DNA from: Eledone cirrhosa
Lineage: Eukaryota
Assembly (NCBI GenBank): GCA_964016885.1
Contig: OZ024743.1
Coordinates: 255,502,001 to 255,566,000, forward strand
Direction of reading: 5' to 3'
DNA length: 64,000 nt
Under the pieces are notes generated by a model, which was given only the letters and a program-made list of their open reading frames with translations, was not told the DNA's origin and did not search any database. A program made the translations under genes and the position numbers. Shown here piece by piece: positions 63,907-64,000 of the stretch. The first letter of the stretch is position 1. Every line of letters begins with the position of its first letter.

Positions 63907-64000
63907 TATTGAAATTTCCGTTGAAAACAGAAAAGGTCATGGAAGTGAAGAGTGCTCTATGTAAGTACCAGAGCAAAATTTAATGTATAAAAATCAATAC

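Overview
AT-rich, microsatellite-dense animal genomic DNA. The repeat families resemble those of coleoid cephalopods (octopus-like; inference). No host gene can be supported, and almost all interpretable sequence is retroelement-derived. Main contents: (1) An intact full-length RTE-clade LINE on the minus strand (7755-14564) with a 1076-aa APE-endonuclease/RT ORF. It carries a C4HC3 PHD finger inside the RT C-terminal motifs, and its 5' end is a 6.1-copy array of near-identical 495-bp monomers. (2) Truncated or decayed copies of several other RTE families. (3) Two large Penelope-like elements (PLEs; RT + GIY-YIG) with inverted, folded-back 5' ends, plus several PLE end remnants. Together they carry five intact-core and about six decayed type I hammerhead ribozymes with palindromic stem III. 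(4) A GC-rich, internally deleted CRE-like element, two Dong/R4-type 3' ends and a Tx1/L1-like 3' end. (5) Two abundant tRNA-derived SINE families, a local cluster of a ~600-bp non-coding repeat, small MITEs and fold-backs, and very long (TA)n/(TATG)n and trinucleotide tracts that produce most of the spurious ORFs. All family assignments rest on motifs recognised by eye; no searches were run.
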